A stretch of 64,000 bases of DNA, from NCBI GenBank assembly GCA_048938855.1, contig JBHLLT010000006.1, positions 41,986 to 105,985 of the forward strand, written 5' to 3'. Of the stretch, positions 20,768 through 30,633 are shown piece by piece. A model generated the notes under the pieces. It was not told the DNA's origin, did not search any database, and worked only from the letters and a program-made list of their open reading frames with translations. The stretch comes from Promethearchaeota archaeon (GTDB taxonomy: Archaea; Asgardarchaeota; Lokiarchaeia; Sigyniarchaeales; SOKP01). Position 1 is the first letter of the stretch, and every line of letters starts with the position of its first letter. The translations under genes were made by a program, and so were the position numbers.

Positions 20768-21323
20768 GGATCTTATATCTCTCAATACGAAAATGGAAAA
20801 GAAAAAAGAGAGAGAATAAACATGTGGATATAAATTCAAACTTGTCAATACTGTAGTGTTTTTATTCATAATGTTAATGATCTATTTGGTTTTTTTATTC
20901 AAGATTATAATTTCTTCTGATTTCTAAGATTTTGACTTTTTAATATCCTTATTTATTAACTCTTTCTTTTTAATACACTTGATTGTTATTGTTTTTTTTA
21001 ATAGTTTAAATTAGTTTTAATTATAAATTTCTTTAAAATTAAAACATGAAGATTTTTTATTTAAACCTTATTTGCAGTGTTTTCTTAAAATCTATTTTCC
21101 AAAAATTTCAAAATATTAGAAAATGACTTATTTTTCTAAAACTTCAAGATATTAGAGAATAAGATCTATAACTTGAATTATCTGCTTATGTCTAAATATA
21201 TTGACAAATATTATATTAAAAAGCTAGAATTTAATTTGTTCAAATGTCAGCCAATAAATCTTAATAAAGTTGATATTAATTATTGAATTAATCTGATTAT
21301 TAAATATTAAAAAAAGATCTAAA

Positions 21324-21638
21324 ATGAATCATTATATTTTCCTTGTAACTGTCTCGAATATAGAAGAAGGTAAGAAAATAGCTAAAGTTTTGGTTGAATG
21401 TAAACTCGCTGCATGTGTAAATATTATTCATAATATTTTATCGATATATAGATGGAAGGGAGAAATCGAGGAAAGTGAAGAGCATTTATTACTTATCAAA
21501 ACTATTGAAAAAAATAAGGAGCATATTATAAAGAAAATTAATGAATTCCACAGTTATGAAACACCAGAATGTATTGGATTTAAGATTGATATTGGTTCTG
21601 AAAAATATTTAAATTGGATCGACGAAGTTGTAGAATAA
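21324..21638 (+). CDS. cutA: Divalent-cation tolerance protein CutA
   Basis: LAACVN, SIYRWKGEIE, HSYETPE, YLNWI. Confidence 0.95.
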   Translation: MNHYIFLVTVSNIEEGKKIAKVLVECKLAACVNIIHNILSIYRWKGEIEESEEHLLLIKTIEKNKEHIIKKINEFHSYETPECIGFKIDIGSEKYLNWIDEVVE

Positions 21639-21662
21639 AACTTAATTTGATCTTCTAATATC

Positions 21663-22493
21663 ATGACATTTTTTCAAATAGACTGGATTACTATTGATAT
21701 TATTATAATATTCCTATTACTCCTTCTACTAATTGGTGTAAGAATTATTAAAATTACTCAGAGATGGCGCTATTCTTTTTCAAATGAAGCAATAGAATAT
21801 ACAAAATTTTCACCATCACCAGAAAGGAGAAAAAATCAAATTATATTATCAAAAAAATCGAGCTTGACTAGAAATTCAATAATTAAAAATAGTCTCCATA
21901 AATCTCCTCTAATTCTAATCATTAGAACGAAAATCGTTAGCAAACTCTTAAAAATTATTACAGAGGGGTTAATTAGTTATGGTTTTGATGTTATAAATTT
22001 AAAAGTTAAACTTATCCATAAATCAGAAAACCAGATATTGGAAAATTCTTTTGTTAATGAATGCTTATCCTCAATTTCAGATATATTTGAAAACTTTAAA
22101 ATGAGCGAGGAACTGATTAAATCAAACTATATTATCATAAATTATTCAAAAAAATTAATTAATTATCAGCAAATTTCAACAAATTCAGAAAACAAAGGAA
22201 TTATTACAATTAACCCTAAGATAACTAATAAGTTATATTCAGAAATTCGCAAATTCTATAAAACTAATTCTCCAAGTTATAATGTATATACAATATTTAG
22301 TAGTAACTCGATATTATTCTTTAAAAATAAACATTTAAAGAGATTTTTAAAAAATTATACTCCTCCAAACAATTTTCTTTCAAATTGTATAACGATTGAG
22401 AACACCAATAATTCTTTCAAATATTATGAAACAATCTTATTAGGAATGATCATTGACATTATTGAAAATAAATTACTAAAATCAGAAATATAA
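21663..22493 (+). CDS. Hypothetical protein with N-terminal transmembrane helix
   Basis: 276-aa ORF in operon context with a hydrophobic N-terminus. Confidence 0.65.
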   Translation: MTFFQIDWITIDIIIIFLLLLLLIGVRIIKITQRWRYSFSNEAIEYTKFSPSPERRKNQIILSKKSSLTRNSIIKNSLHKSPLILIIRTKIVSKLLKIITEGLISYGFDVINLKVKLIHKSENQILENSFVNECLSSISDIFENFKMSEELIKSNYIIINYSKKLINYQQISTNSENKGIITINPKITNKLYSEIRKFYKTNSPSYNVYTIFSSNSILFFKNKHLKRFLKNYTPPNNFLSNCITIENTNNSFKYYETILLGMIIDIIENKLLKSEI

Positions 22494-22502
22494 TTTTGGA
22501 TA

Positions 22503-23210
22503 ATGAAAAAAGAAAAAATTTTGAGAGATCATTCCGAAAAAATAATATATTCCAAAGAAGATTGGAATCTCTTACAAAAAAAAAGAAAACACGCCATTAA
22601 ACTATTAGAAATATTTGTTAAAGAAGGTTTCAACCCATACGTTCACGGAAGCATTGCCCGTGGTGATACACATGAGAGTAGTGATATTGATCTTGTATTT
22701 TTTCATCAAGTTCCCTCTTTTCAAATAGAACTTATTTTAGATAAGAATGGGTATAACAACTATTTTCGAGAAATTATAATGGCTACTCCCTCAGATTCAA
22801 TTAAACTTTATATATATTTAAGTGAAATTGAGAGTATTACAATTCCTTTATCCAAATTTGAGAGAAAATCTACGGAATTTTATGATTTTGGGGGAAAATT
22901 GGATATAAATCAATTGAAAATGGACATAAGAGTGCCAGGAATTGATAAAAGATTAGTATTAATCAAACCAATCCCCGAAGGACATGAAGAATTTTCCATA
23001 TTTGGCAATGAGGCTAATATCGCAAAAGATATAGGAATAAGTATAGATATTATAAATGAAAGGGAAAAAGTACTTCTGAGAAGGGAAAAATTTGGAAAAA
23101 CTGGAGTTTTTTTAAAAAGATCTATTCAGATGAATGAAACCATAGAAGAAGTTTTAAAAAAAATGGCAAAAAGAAAATCTATTATCAGAGAAAAATTATT
23201 TAAAAAATGA
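22503..23210 (+). CDS. Predicted nucleotidyltransferase (Pol-beta superfamily, archaeal)
   Basis: HGSIARGD..ESSDIDL motif; RVPGIDKRL; GKTGVF. Confidence 0.88.
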   Translation: MKKEKILRDHSEKIIYSKEDWNLLQKKRKHAIKLLEIFVKEGFNPYVHGSIARGDTHESSDIDLVFFHQVPSFQIELILDKNGYNNYFREIIMATPSDSIKLYIYLSEIESITIPLSKFERKSTEFYDFGGKLDINQLKMDIRVPGIDKRLVLIKPIPEGHEEFSIFGNEANIAKDIGISIDIINEREKVLLRREKFGKTGVFLKRSIQMNETIEEVLKKMAKRKSIIREKLFKK

Positions 23211-24358
23211 AAGTAGTAAAATTGGCAAAAACTAGAGGAGAATCTTACTATATTAAAGGAAGAAATATTCCTAAAGGATGTAAGTATTGTCTAAAAGGAT
23301 CTAAAGTGGTTTTATTTTTAAATGGTATATGCCAAAGACCAGAACATTGTTTTTGGTATTGTCCAATATCAGAAGAGAGAAAAGGTAAAGAGATAACATT
23401 TGCTGATGAAATTGAAATCCAAAGTAAAGAGGAATTACTCAAAGAAATTGAAAAAATAAGTGCCCAGGGTATGAGTATCACAGGGGGAGAACCACTTTCA
23501 GAATTAAACCTCGAGAAAACGATTGAGTATATTGAATATGTTAAAAAAGAGAAAGGAAAAAAGTTTCACGTCCACTTGTATACAAACGGTATCAATTTTA
23601 ATGAAAATATTGCCAATAGACTTTCTGTTGCGGGATTGGATGAAATAAGATTTCATCCTGCGGAAAAACATTGGAAAAACATTAATTGGGCCTTAAAAAA
23701 AAATATTAGCGTAGGCGCTGAAGTTCCAGTAATTCCAGGAAATGAATATAGGAGAAATCTTGAGGAATTTGTTTATTATTTGGACAACATTGGTGTTGAC
23801 TTTATCAATTTAAATGAGTTTGAATATTGCTTTCCTAACAGTCAATTTCTTAAAGAACGAGGTTTCAAATTAAAAAAAAATTCAATAGCTGCTGTTATCA
23901 ATAGTCAAGAATCAGCTCTTAGTATAATCCGTAAAATAGGAATCAAGGTCAATATACAAATGCATTTCTGTCCAATAAGAGCCAAAGATTATCATCAATT
24001 AAAGAATAGATATATTCGGAGAGCTAAGAATATTAGATTACCTTTTGAAGTAATCACTGACGAAGGACTCTTATTATATGCTCAAATTGAAGGAGAAAAA
24101 AAAGATCTGGATAAGTTTTATGAAAGTGTGGTATTCAACCTAAAAATTAATGAAAATCAACTCAGCAGAGAAGAAGATCATATTAAAATGCCCTTCTATA
24201 TCTCAATTGAAGATCGAATCGTGGCGTTAATAAAGCAGTATAAATTAAAAGGTTTTATAATTGAAGCTACTCCTTTTAGACGTTTAAAATATAGGCAAAT
24301 TACAGAAAAAACTCCCTTAGAAGTATTTAAGAATGAATATGGATTTAATAGAAATTAA
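23207..24358 (+). CDS. Radical SAM protein (conserved archaeal, uncharacterised)
   Basis: GIC...HCFWYCP cluster motif, ITGGEP, HLYTNG, LDEIRFHP. Confidence 0.88.
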   Translation: MKVVKLAKTRGESYYIKGRNIPKGCKYCLKGSKVVLFLNGICQRPEHCFWYCPISEERKGKEITFADEIEIQSKEELLKEIEKISAQGMSITGGEPLSELNLEKTIEYIEYVKKEKGKKFHVHLYTNGINFNENIANRLSVAGLDEIRFHPAEKHWKNINWALKKNISVGAEVPVIPGNEYRRNLEEFVYYLDNIGVDFINLNEFEYCFPNSQFLKERGFKLKKNSIAAVINSQESALSIIRKIGIKVNIQMHFCPIRAKDYHQLKNRYIRRAKNIRLPFEVITDEGLLLYAQIEGEKKDLDKFYESVVFNLKINENQLSREEDHIKMPFYISIEDRIVALIKQYKLKGFIIEATPFRRLKYRQITEKTPLEVFKNEYGFNRN

Positions 24359-24800
24359 AAACGTAAAATCAAAAGATTTAAAGCAAATCGTAAATCTAGA
24401 AAAAGAAATTTTTAAAAAGAATGCATTTTCTAAAGATTTATTAAAAAAGTTGATAAAAGATAATACACTCTTTTTAAAATTAGAAACTGGAAGAGTAATA
24501 AAAAAAATAATTGGTTTTTTAATAGCTATAAGAGATGAAAGAGAAAGAATAAATATAATTAATTTTCTTATTAAAATTAAATTTCAAAATAGAGGGTATG
24601 GTTCATATCTTCTTCAAAAAGCTATTAGTGAAATAAGAAAAATGAAGGGAATTAAAAAAATCGTACTTAATGTTCAAATAAGTAATTTAGTGGCAATTAA
24701 TTTATATGAAAAATTTAAATTCAAAAAAAACCCAGATATTCTTGAGCATTACTATCAATCAGGTGAAAATGCCTACTTAATGGAATTAGAAATTGACTAA
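24333..24800 (+). CDS. RimI/Ard1-like GNAT N-acetyltransferase
   Basis: FQNRGYGSYLL, LNVQISNLVAINLYEK, YYQSGENAYLM. Confidence 0.88.
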   Translation: MNMDLIEIKNVKSKDLKQIVNLEKEIFKKNAFSKDLLKKLIKDNTLFLKLETGRVIKKIIGFLIAIRDERERINIINFLIKIKFQNRGYGSYLLQKAISEIRKMKGIKKIVLNVQISNLVAINLYEKFKFKKNPDILEHYYQSGENAYLMELEID

Positions 24801-24891
24801 AACTAAAACTTATAAATAAATTCTATTATATTTTTTGTAAAAATCAATTTAATTATTATCTAGATTTTAAATGAAAAGGTGTTAAATAAAA

Positions 24892-25044
24892 ATGGCTCCA
24901 GTAGATAAAGAACTACAAGAAGAAATTAAAAAAGGGGTTACACTTCAAAAAGTCGATGAAGCAGAGTTAAAAAGAAGAGAAGAAGAAAAAAAGAAACGCA
25001 TGGAAGAGTTAGAAAAAGTTAAACAAGCTTTAGGCGAAAAATAA
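24892..25044 (+). CDS. 50-aa WH2-like (actin-monomer-binding motif) micro-protein, absent from the ORF track
   Basis: MAPVDKELQEEIKKGVTLQKVDEAELKRREEEKKKRMEELEKVKQALGEK*; AAGGTG ribosome-binding-like site at 24876; T-rich terminator-like tract downstream. Confidence 0.75.
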   Translation: MAPVDKELQEEIKKGVTLQKVDEAELKRREEEKKKRMEELEKVKQALGEK

Positions 25045-25195
25045 TAGTTCTTCTAAGTTAATTGAGTGAGTTTTTATCTTTTTTATTTATTTTATTTTTC
25101 TTTGAAACATTATTCAAACTAATTTGAATTAAGCTTTTCTTAAATTTTGAATTATTTATTAATAAATATCATTTTTCAATGAGTAAGTTTTAGAA

Positions 25196-26269
25196 TTGAA
25201 AATTCTCAATATAGATCGAAAACGTGGAGAAATAACAGTTAAGACCGAAAGCCTCAATGATTTGTGGTCTTTGTATAATATCATCAATAAAGATGATGAA
25301 GTATCTTCCTTAACTCAAAGAAGAGTTGTTCTTAAAGAAGGAACTTCAGGAGAGCGAAAATTGATGAAACTAAGACTTAAAGTTGAATCTGTATCTTTCC
25401 ATGAATTTTCAAACAGATTAAGAATAAAAGGTAAAATTTTAGAAGGTCCAGAGGATTACGTTAGCTTTGGGGCGTATCATACATTTAATATTGAAGTTTC
25501 TCAAAAATTAACTATAATAAAAGAAAAATGGTTGAATAATGAATTTAATAGGCTTAAAGAAAGCTCAAAATTCGACTCAAACTTTATTACTTTAATAATC
25601 GCAATTGAAACGGGGTTAGCAACAATGGCTATTATCACAAATTTCAGTCATAATCGGATCTCTACCATTAGAAAAAATATACCTGGTAAAAGGTATAAGC
25701 AAACTTATAGAAATGTTGCATTACAAGAATTTTATACTGATATTCAGAAGATTGTAATAGAAAATATAAAAAATACAGAGATTAATCTTATTGTTGTATG
25801 TGGACCTGGAAACATTAAAGACAATTTTATAAAATTCCTTAAAAATAACCCTGCTTTTGATTTTAAAGGCAACATTGAGACATGTCATGCAAGTTCAGGA
25901 ACAGAAAGTGCAATTAAAGAAACTTTAAAATCAAATAAATTAGCAAAATTTAGGGATAGAATTAAAATTTTAGAGGAAGCTGAAAAAATAGAAAACGTTA
26001 TGACACAATTTGCCACTGATCCTGATCTTATCGTTATAGGTTTTGATGAGGTAACTTCTGCTTCTGAAAAAGGAGCCATTAAAGAGTTATTAATAGCAGA
26101 TATATTAATCAGAGGATCCTCTAAAGAAAAAAAGTTAATTATCGAGGAAATTATCACAAACGTGGAAAAAGCGGGTGGAAAAATTCTTATCATGAGTACA
26201 GAAAACTTGACTGGAGAACAACTAGTTGATCTTGGTTCAATATTAGGAATTTTAAGATATAAAATTTAA
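25196..26269 (+). CDS. pelA: Pelota/Dom34 ribosome rescue factor
   Basis: DLWSLYNII, FHEFSNRLRIKGKI, GAYHT and eRF1-like domains. Confidence 0.95.
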   Translation: MKILNIDRKRGEITVKTESLNDLWSLYNIINKDDEVSSLTQRRVVLKEGTSGERKLMKLRLKVESVSFHEFSNRLRIKGKILEGPEDYVSFGAYHTFNIEVSQKLTIIKEKWLNNEFNRLKESSKFDSNFITLIIAIETGLATMAIITNFSHNRISTIRKNIPGKRYKQTYRNVALQEFYTDIQKIVIENIKNTEINLIVVCGPGNIKDNFIKFLKNNPAFDFKGNIETCHASSGTESAIKETLKSNKLAKFRDRIKILEEAEKIENVMTQFATDPDLIVIGFDEVTSASEKGAIKELLIADILIRGSSKEKKLIIEEIITNVEKAGGKILIMSTENLTGEQLVDLGSILGILRYKI

Positions 26270-26277
26270 AAACTAAA

Positions 26278-27312
26278 ATGACTAATAAAATAATTTATGT
26301 AGACGAAAAATCAGAAATTCCCCTATATGGCATAGATTTTCTTGGTATTATTGATAGAGGGACTAATGTCATTGAAATTAAACCTCTAACCTTATGCAAC
26401 TTGAAATGTAAGTATTGTTTTGTAAGTGCTGGAGATTATAATACAAATTTCATAGTTGATTCAAACTATTTAATTAAAAAAATAGAAGAAATTGTTAATA
26501 GTAAAGGGAACTATAAAATTGAAATACATTTTGCTCCATATGGAGAAATACTACTTTACCCAAATCTATTCAAATTAATTAAAGAAATTTGGAAAATAAA
26601 CGGAATTGATACAATATCATTACAATCAAATGGCTTATTACTTAATGAAGACGTTATTAAAAAGTTAGAAGATTCTAACGTAACAAGAATAAATATCAGT
26701 TTAAATTCACTAAACTCAGAAAAAGTTAACTATTTGTGCAATACTGCTAACTATGATTTAAATAGCTTGCTGAAGAACATCTCCCGCTTATTGGATGGCA
26801 AAATTAATGTACTTCTAGCCCCAGTTTGGTTTCCTGGGGAAAATGACAAAGATATTGAAGATATAATTAAATATGTTAAAGCACTAAGGGAAGAAGGTTA
26901 TTCTGAGAAGAATATTCAAATAGGCATCCAAAAATATTTGATTTATAAAACTGGGAGAAAATTGAAGAAAATTAGGCCAAAGACATGGGGTTATTTTTAT
27001 AAGCAATTAGCATTTCTGGAAAATAAATATAACCTCAAATTGAAATTAGGTCCTATTGATTTCGGAATCCACAAAAGGAAAACTGTTGCGTCCTTGAATG
27101 TTCAAAAGAATGATTTAATAAGATTAAGAGTTATTTCTAAAGGACGATGGGAACGTGAATATATAGGGAAAATTGATAATGATTTTGGAATAAAGCTACT
27201 TTTAAACAAATCTATTATCCCATCAGAAAAAATAATTGGAAAGGAAATTCAAGCAAAAATCATAAAAGCTAATTACAAGGATAATATTTTAACAGCATCC
27301 TTTTCAATATAA
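26278..27312 (+). CDS. Radical SAM protein (conserved archaeal)
   Basis: GIIDRGTNVIEIKP, CNLKCKYC. Confidence 0.9.
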   Translation: MTNKIIYVDEKSEIPLYGIDFLGIIDRGTNVIEIKPLTLCNLKCKYCFVSAGDYNTNFIVDSNYLIKKIEEIVNSKGNYKIEIHFAPYGEILLYPNLFKLIKEIWKINGIDTISLQSNGLLLNEDVIKKLEDSNVTRINISLNSLNSEKVNYLCNTANYDLNSLLKNISRLLDGKINVLLAPVWFPGENDKDIEDIIKYVKALREEGYSEKNIQIGIQKYLIYKTGRKLKKIRPKTWGYFYKQLAFLENKYNLKLKLGPIDFGIHKRKTVASLNVQKNDLIRLRVISKGRWEREYIGKIDNDFGIKLLLNKSIIPSEKIIGKEIQAKIIKANYKDNILTASFSI

Positions 27313-27400
27313 ACTTAAATATTAATAATATTATATTATTCAAAATAACTAAAACATATACTAAAATTTATTAAATACTTAAATTATAAATATAAAGGGA

Positions 27401-28030
27401 ATGAAAATGAGTCCTATAATAACGCATCAAGACGAGCTAGAGCTCGCCAAGAGTGAAAAGGAGCTTGTGTCCCAATTTAAGAAACTTGCAAAAGCTCAGC
27501 AAAATCTTATAAATTCTCAGATAAAATATGCAGAAAATATTGCTAATGCGAATAATATCCGAGAAATGCTAAACCGTACCTTTAGGGATGTACTAAAACA
27601 AATGCAAACTCTTGCCCGAGAACATAGGTCAAATATTAAAGATGAAGAAGTAAACTTATATAAAGATATAATTTCAAAAAATGACGGATATATTAAAGCA
27701 AATAACATTTACTTGAATGCAATAAAAGATCTTGCTGTACAAAAAGAGTATCTAGTAAAAAAAAAAGAAGAATTTGTAGATTCTTTAGCAGAACTCGCGA
27801 ATAAAAGATCAATAGTAATAAAGAAAGCATTAGATGCTGAAAAAGCGAAAAACAAATTAATAGATGGTGATAAATTAAATATCCTCGACCAACAACTAAA
27901 TGATGTCCAAAGAGATTTTGATAGAGCTCGAGATATATTCATAAAAAAAATATATCAGTTTACTGAGGTAAGAGATGAAATTAATAAGCTCTGGATTAAA
28001 TTAAAAGACACGATTACTGAATTGAGTTAG
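27401..28030 (+). CDS. All-helical coiled-coil protein, BAR-domain-like
   Basis: About 205 aa of long amphipathic helices; ALDAEKAKNKLIDGDKLNILDQQLNDVQRDFDRARDIF resembles the helix2-helix3 tip of SNX/Vps5-type BAR domains. Confidence 0.55.
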   Translation: MKMSPIITHQDELELAKSEKELVSQFKKLAKAQQNLINSQIKYAENIANANNIREMLNRTFRDVLKQMQTLAREHRSNIKDEEVNLYKDIISKNDGYIKANNIYLNAIKDLAVQKEYLVKKKEEFVDSLAELANKRSIVIKKALDAEKAKNKLIDGDKLNILDQQLNDVQRDFDRARDIFIKKIYQFTEVRDEINKLWIKLKDTITELS

Positions 28031-28157
28031 ATCTAAATTTAATTTTCTTTTAAATATTTTTTTTAAAAAATTAATTGAGCTTTAACTTAAATTTATTAAA
28101 TTAAAATCTATTAAATTACTAGATAATATTAAAAATTACCAGACTTAAAGAGTTAAT

Positions 28158-28598
28158 ATGTGTGCAGAAGAATTTGCAAGCTTCTTAGATAGTACTCGAA
28201 AAGCGCCATTGGAAGAAAAGTTAAATGCTTTTGGTGATATTATTGAAAAAATAATGTCTATCGTTCTACGTATCCCTGATTTAGTAGATCAATCTTTAGG
28301 CTCAGTAAATGAGAAAGTATCAAATTTACAAAACCAAATTAATGCTCTTAACAATCAATTATCATCAACGAGACCAGGAGGTGCTCCAGCAGCAGCAACA
28401 GCTCCGGTAGCAGCACGCACACCTGGAGGTCCATCTGGAGGTCCACCTGGAGGTCCGCCCCCACCCCCACCAGCTGGTCCACCTGGAGGTCCTGGTTCTG
28501 GTCCTGGTCCTAGTCGACCTGCAAGTCCCGTTTCACTTAGAGGAGCAATTATGGGAGAATTAAAACAGCTCTTCGCCAAGCGCCAACAAGGTTCATAA
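28158..28598 (+). CDS. Coiled-coil plus polyproline protein with C-terminal amphipathic basic helix
   Basis: GGPPGGPPPPPPAGPPGGP repeats; C-terminal SLRGAIMGELKQLFAKRQQ. Confidence 0.8.
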   Translation: MCAEEFASFLDSTRKAPLEEKLNAFGDIIEKIMSIVLRIPDLVDQSLGSVNEKVSNLQNQINALNNQLSSTRPGGAPAAATAPVAARTPGGPSGGPPGGPPPPPPAGPPGGPGSGPGPSRPASPVSLRGAIMGELKQLFAKRQQGS

Positions 28599-28753
28599 AC
28601 TGTTAGATAGCAAAATAGTTTATAAACTGAAATTTTCTTTTTTCTGTCAATGTTGCTAAATTTAAAAGAGATTTTTTTTAATCTATTAACTAAAATTACA
28701 AGAAGAATTTCAAAATTAAATTTTTAAGAAGAATTAGTACTATGCTTAGTATC

Positions 28754-29341
28754 TTAGAATTCTAAAAACCCAGGATCATCAAATATATCTTCAATTTTCC
28801 TTTCTTTCTTAATCTTCGTATCACTCTCAGCAAATAAAGATTCTTCATCAGTTCGAACTCCTCGTTCTAATTCTTCAGTATCTAATTTTAAAAGCGCATC
28901 TTTTTCAAGCTGTTTATATTTTTCCGCTCGTATTTTCCAGTTATCGATTTCTTCTAAATTGACGTCATCTTCTTCTAACAAGATTGCTGCTTTAGATCTA
29001 CATAAATCTGATAAAATAGAATATGATAAAGCAAGTTCCCCCCATTCATTATCCTCTTTTAATCTAACAATTCGGCGTTCTAATCTTTGTAGCTCTTGAT
29101 CAGCATAGTATATATCAATGAAATCTCCAAAAGCATCGACTGGCTCAGAGATTGAATTTACTAAAACTTCCTTCGTAAGACCACAATTTCCACATTTTAC
29201 CGTTGCGAAGGCACCTTTCTTTTTGAGATCAGTGACTTTAACACTTTTTTCACCACACTCCGGGCATGTAAAAATTTTTGGGACTCTCTTTACTCGTTTT
29301 GGGCTTACTTGTTTACGTTTTCTTCTTCCCATTGATATCAC
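28754..29341 (-). CDS. Transcription elongation factor Elf1-like protein with helical/acidic C-terminal extension
   Basis: MGRRKRK...PKIFTCPECG...VKCGNCGL...EPVDAFGDFID. Confidence 0.88.
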   Translation of the reverse strand: MISMGRRKRKQVSPKRVKRVPKIFTCPECGEKSVKVTDLKKKGAFATVKCGNCGLTKEVLVNSISEPVDAFGDFIDIYYADQELQRLERRIVRLKEDNEWGELALSYSILSDLCRSKAAILLEEDDVNLEEIDNWKIRAEKYKQLEKDALLKLDTEELERGVRTDEESLFAESDTKIKKERKIEDIFDDPGFLEF

Positions 29342-29530
29342 ACCATATTAAGATGAAAATAGATCCTTTTTCAATTAGAATAAAGAAAGCGGAAACTAAA
29401 ATATTTTTGCTTTTATGTGAAAAACTATAAGGGATTTTAGTAAAATTTTTTAGGAATGATTAATTTACTTAATTACTCTTTTTCACTGAATTACTTGTAC
29501 TATTTAAAAAAAAATTAGTGGATTTTAGGT

Positions 29531-30631
29531 ATGGAACATAATAATTTGACTTTAGAGTATGATAAAAACTTAATAAATAGCGTTCTAGATAACTTGGATA
29601 TGAGATACGTAATTCTTTTCCTATATGTCATAAGGAATGATTTATTTAAAGACTTAAACGACAAAAACATAATTGAGTCTTATGAAAGAGTGCTTATATT
29701 GGATGATATATACAAAAGTAATATTACAAAATTTTGGAATGAAGAATTTATAGAAATATATATAGATCTAGGATTGATAAAAAATATTCGAAGTTTGAGA
29801 GAATTTGAACAAAAAGAGGATGATTTTATAGTAAAAGTAGGAGAAGAAACAATCACTATTGAAAATGATACAATTTCAGTTCCAGATGATACTTTGTTTT
29901 TAATAATAAACAAGAAATTTAAATTTTTAAATAGAAGGAATTTTAATTTAGCCCTCACCAAGCTGAAAGGAGTAAGATGCGAAAAAAGCAATGTAATTCA
30001 TTCATTGATTCTTGAAATCGGTGAACATGATTATACTTTACCTGATGATTTTTATTATATCTTAGACCAGTATGGAAATATTTATCAATCAATTAAAATT
30101 GAAATTACTATTGAGGGGTTTTTTCAAAGATTCAAAGAAACTCAAGAAAAAATCAATGGATTTGTAAAAATTTTTGATCCAGTATTAAATAATAAATTAA
30201 TAATAAAAAAAATCAATAAAGCAATTGAAGAAAATAAAGATATTATACAATACCTTAAAGATGAGAAGGTAGATCTTTCTGATAAATTTAATACTGACAA
30301 GATTGATACAACTGCTGATGTGTTTAAGGAATGGAATTCAAAATTACTATCATTATTATCATTTAGAAATCAACTTGAAAATATTGAAGAAAAATTGATG
30401 GATTTAAAAAATATTTATTCTGGCAAAGAAAAAAAATACGGTTATTTAGAATTTATTGAGAGGATTTCTTTCAATGAAGAAGGAATTATAGATGATATTC
30501 AAAACTCATTGATTGAATTAAGAAAGCAATTGATTATGATTAATGAAAATGTCAATAGCTACACAGAAAAAGAGCTAAAATTATTAAATTTGGATTATGA
30601 AAGATTAATAATAATGAGTAGTGATGAATAA
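29531..30631 (+). CDS. Uncharacterised protein (operon gene 1; helical C-terminus)
   Basis: 366-aa ORF, first of eight co-oriented, tightly packed genes. Confidence 0.75.
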   Translation: MEHNNLTLEYDKNLINSVLDNLDMRYVILFLYVIRNDLFKDLNDKNIIESYERVLILDDIYKSNITKFWNEEFIEIYIDLGLIKNIRSLREFEQKEDDFIVKVGEETITIENDTISVPDDTLFLIINKKFKFLNRRNFNLALTKLKGVRCEKSNVIHSLILEIGEHDYTLPDDFYYILDQYGNIYQSIKIEITIEGFFQRFKETQEKINGFVKIFDPVLNNKLIIKKINKAIEENKDIIQYLKDEKVDLSDKFNTDKIDTTADVFKEWNSKLLSLLSFRNQLENIEEKLMDLKNIYSGKEKKYGYLEFIERISFNEEGIIDDIQNSLIELRKQLIMINENVNSYTEKELKLLNLDYERLIIMSSDE

Positions 30632-30633
30632 AT

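Noticed and set aside
20730-20772. SECIS-like reading of the hairpin (ATGA...GA)
   Set aside because: The stem does not start at the AUGA/GA quartet, and no in-frame UGA selenoprotein was seen nearby.
28420-28512. GGAGGTCCACCT-type DNA repeats as a CRISPR or other repeat element
   Set aside because: They encode the GGPP peptide repeats; there are no spacers or cas genes.
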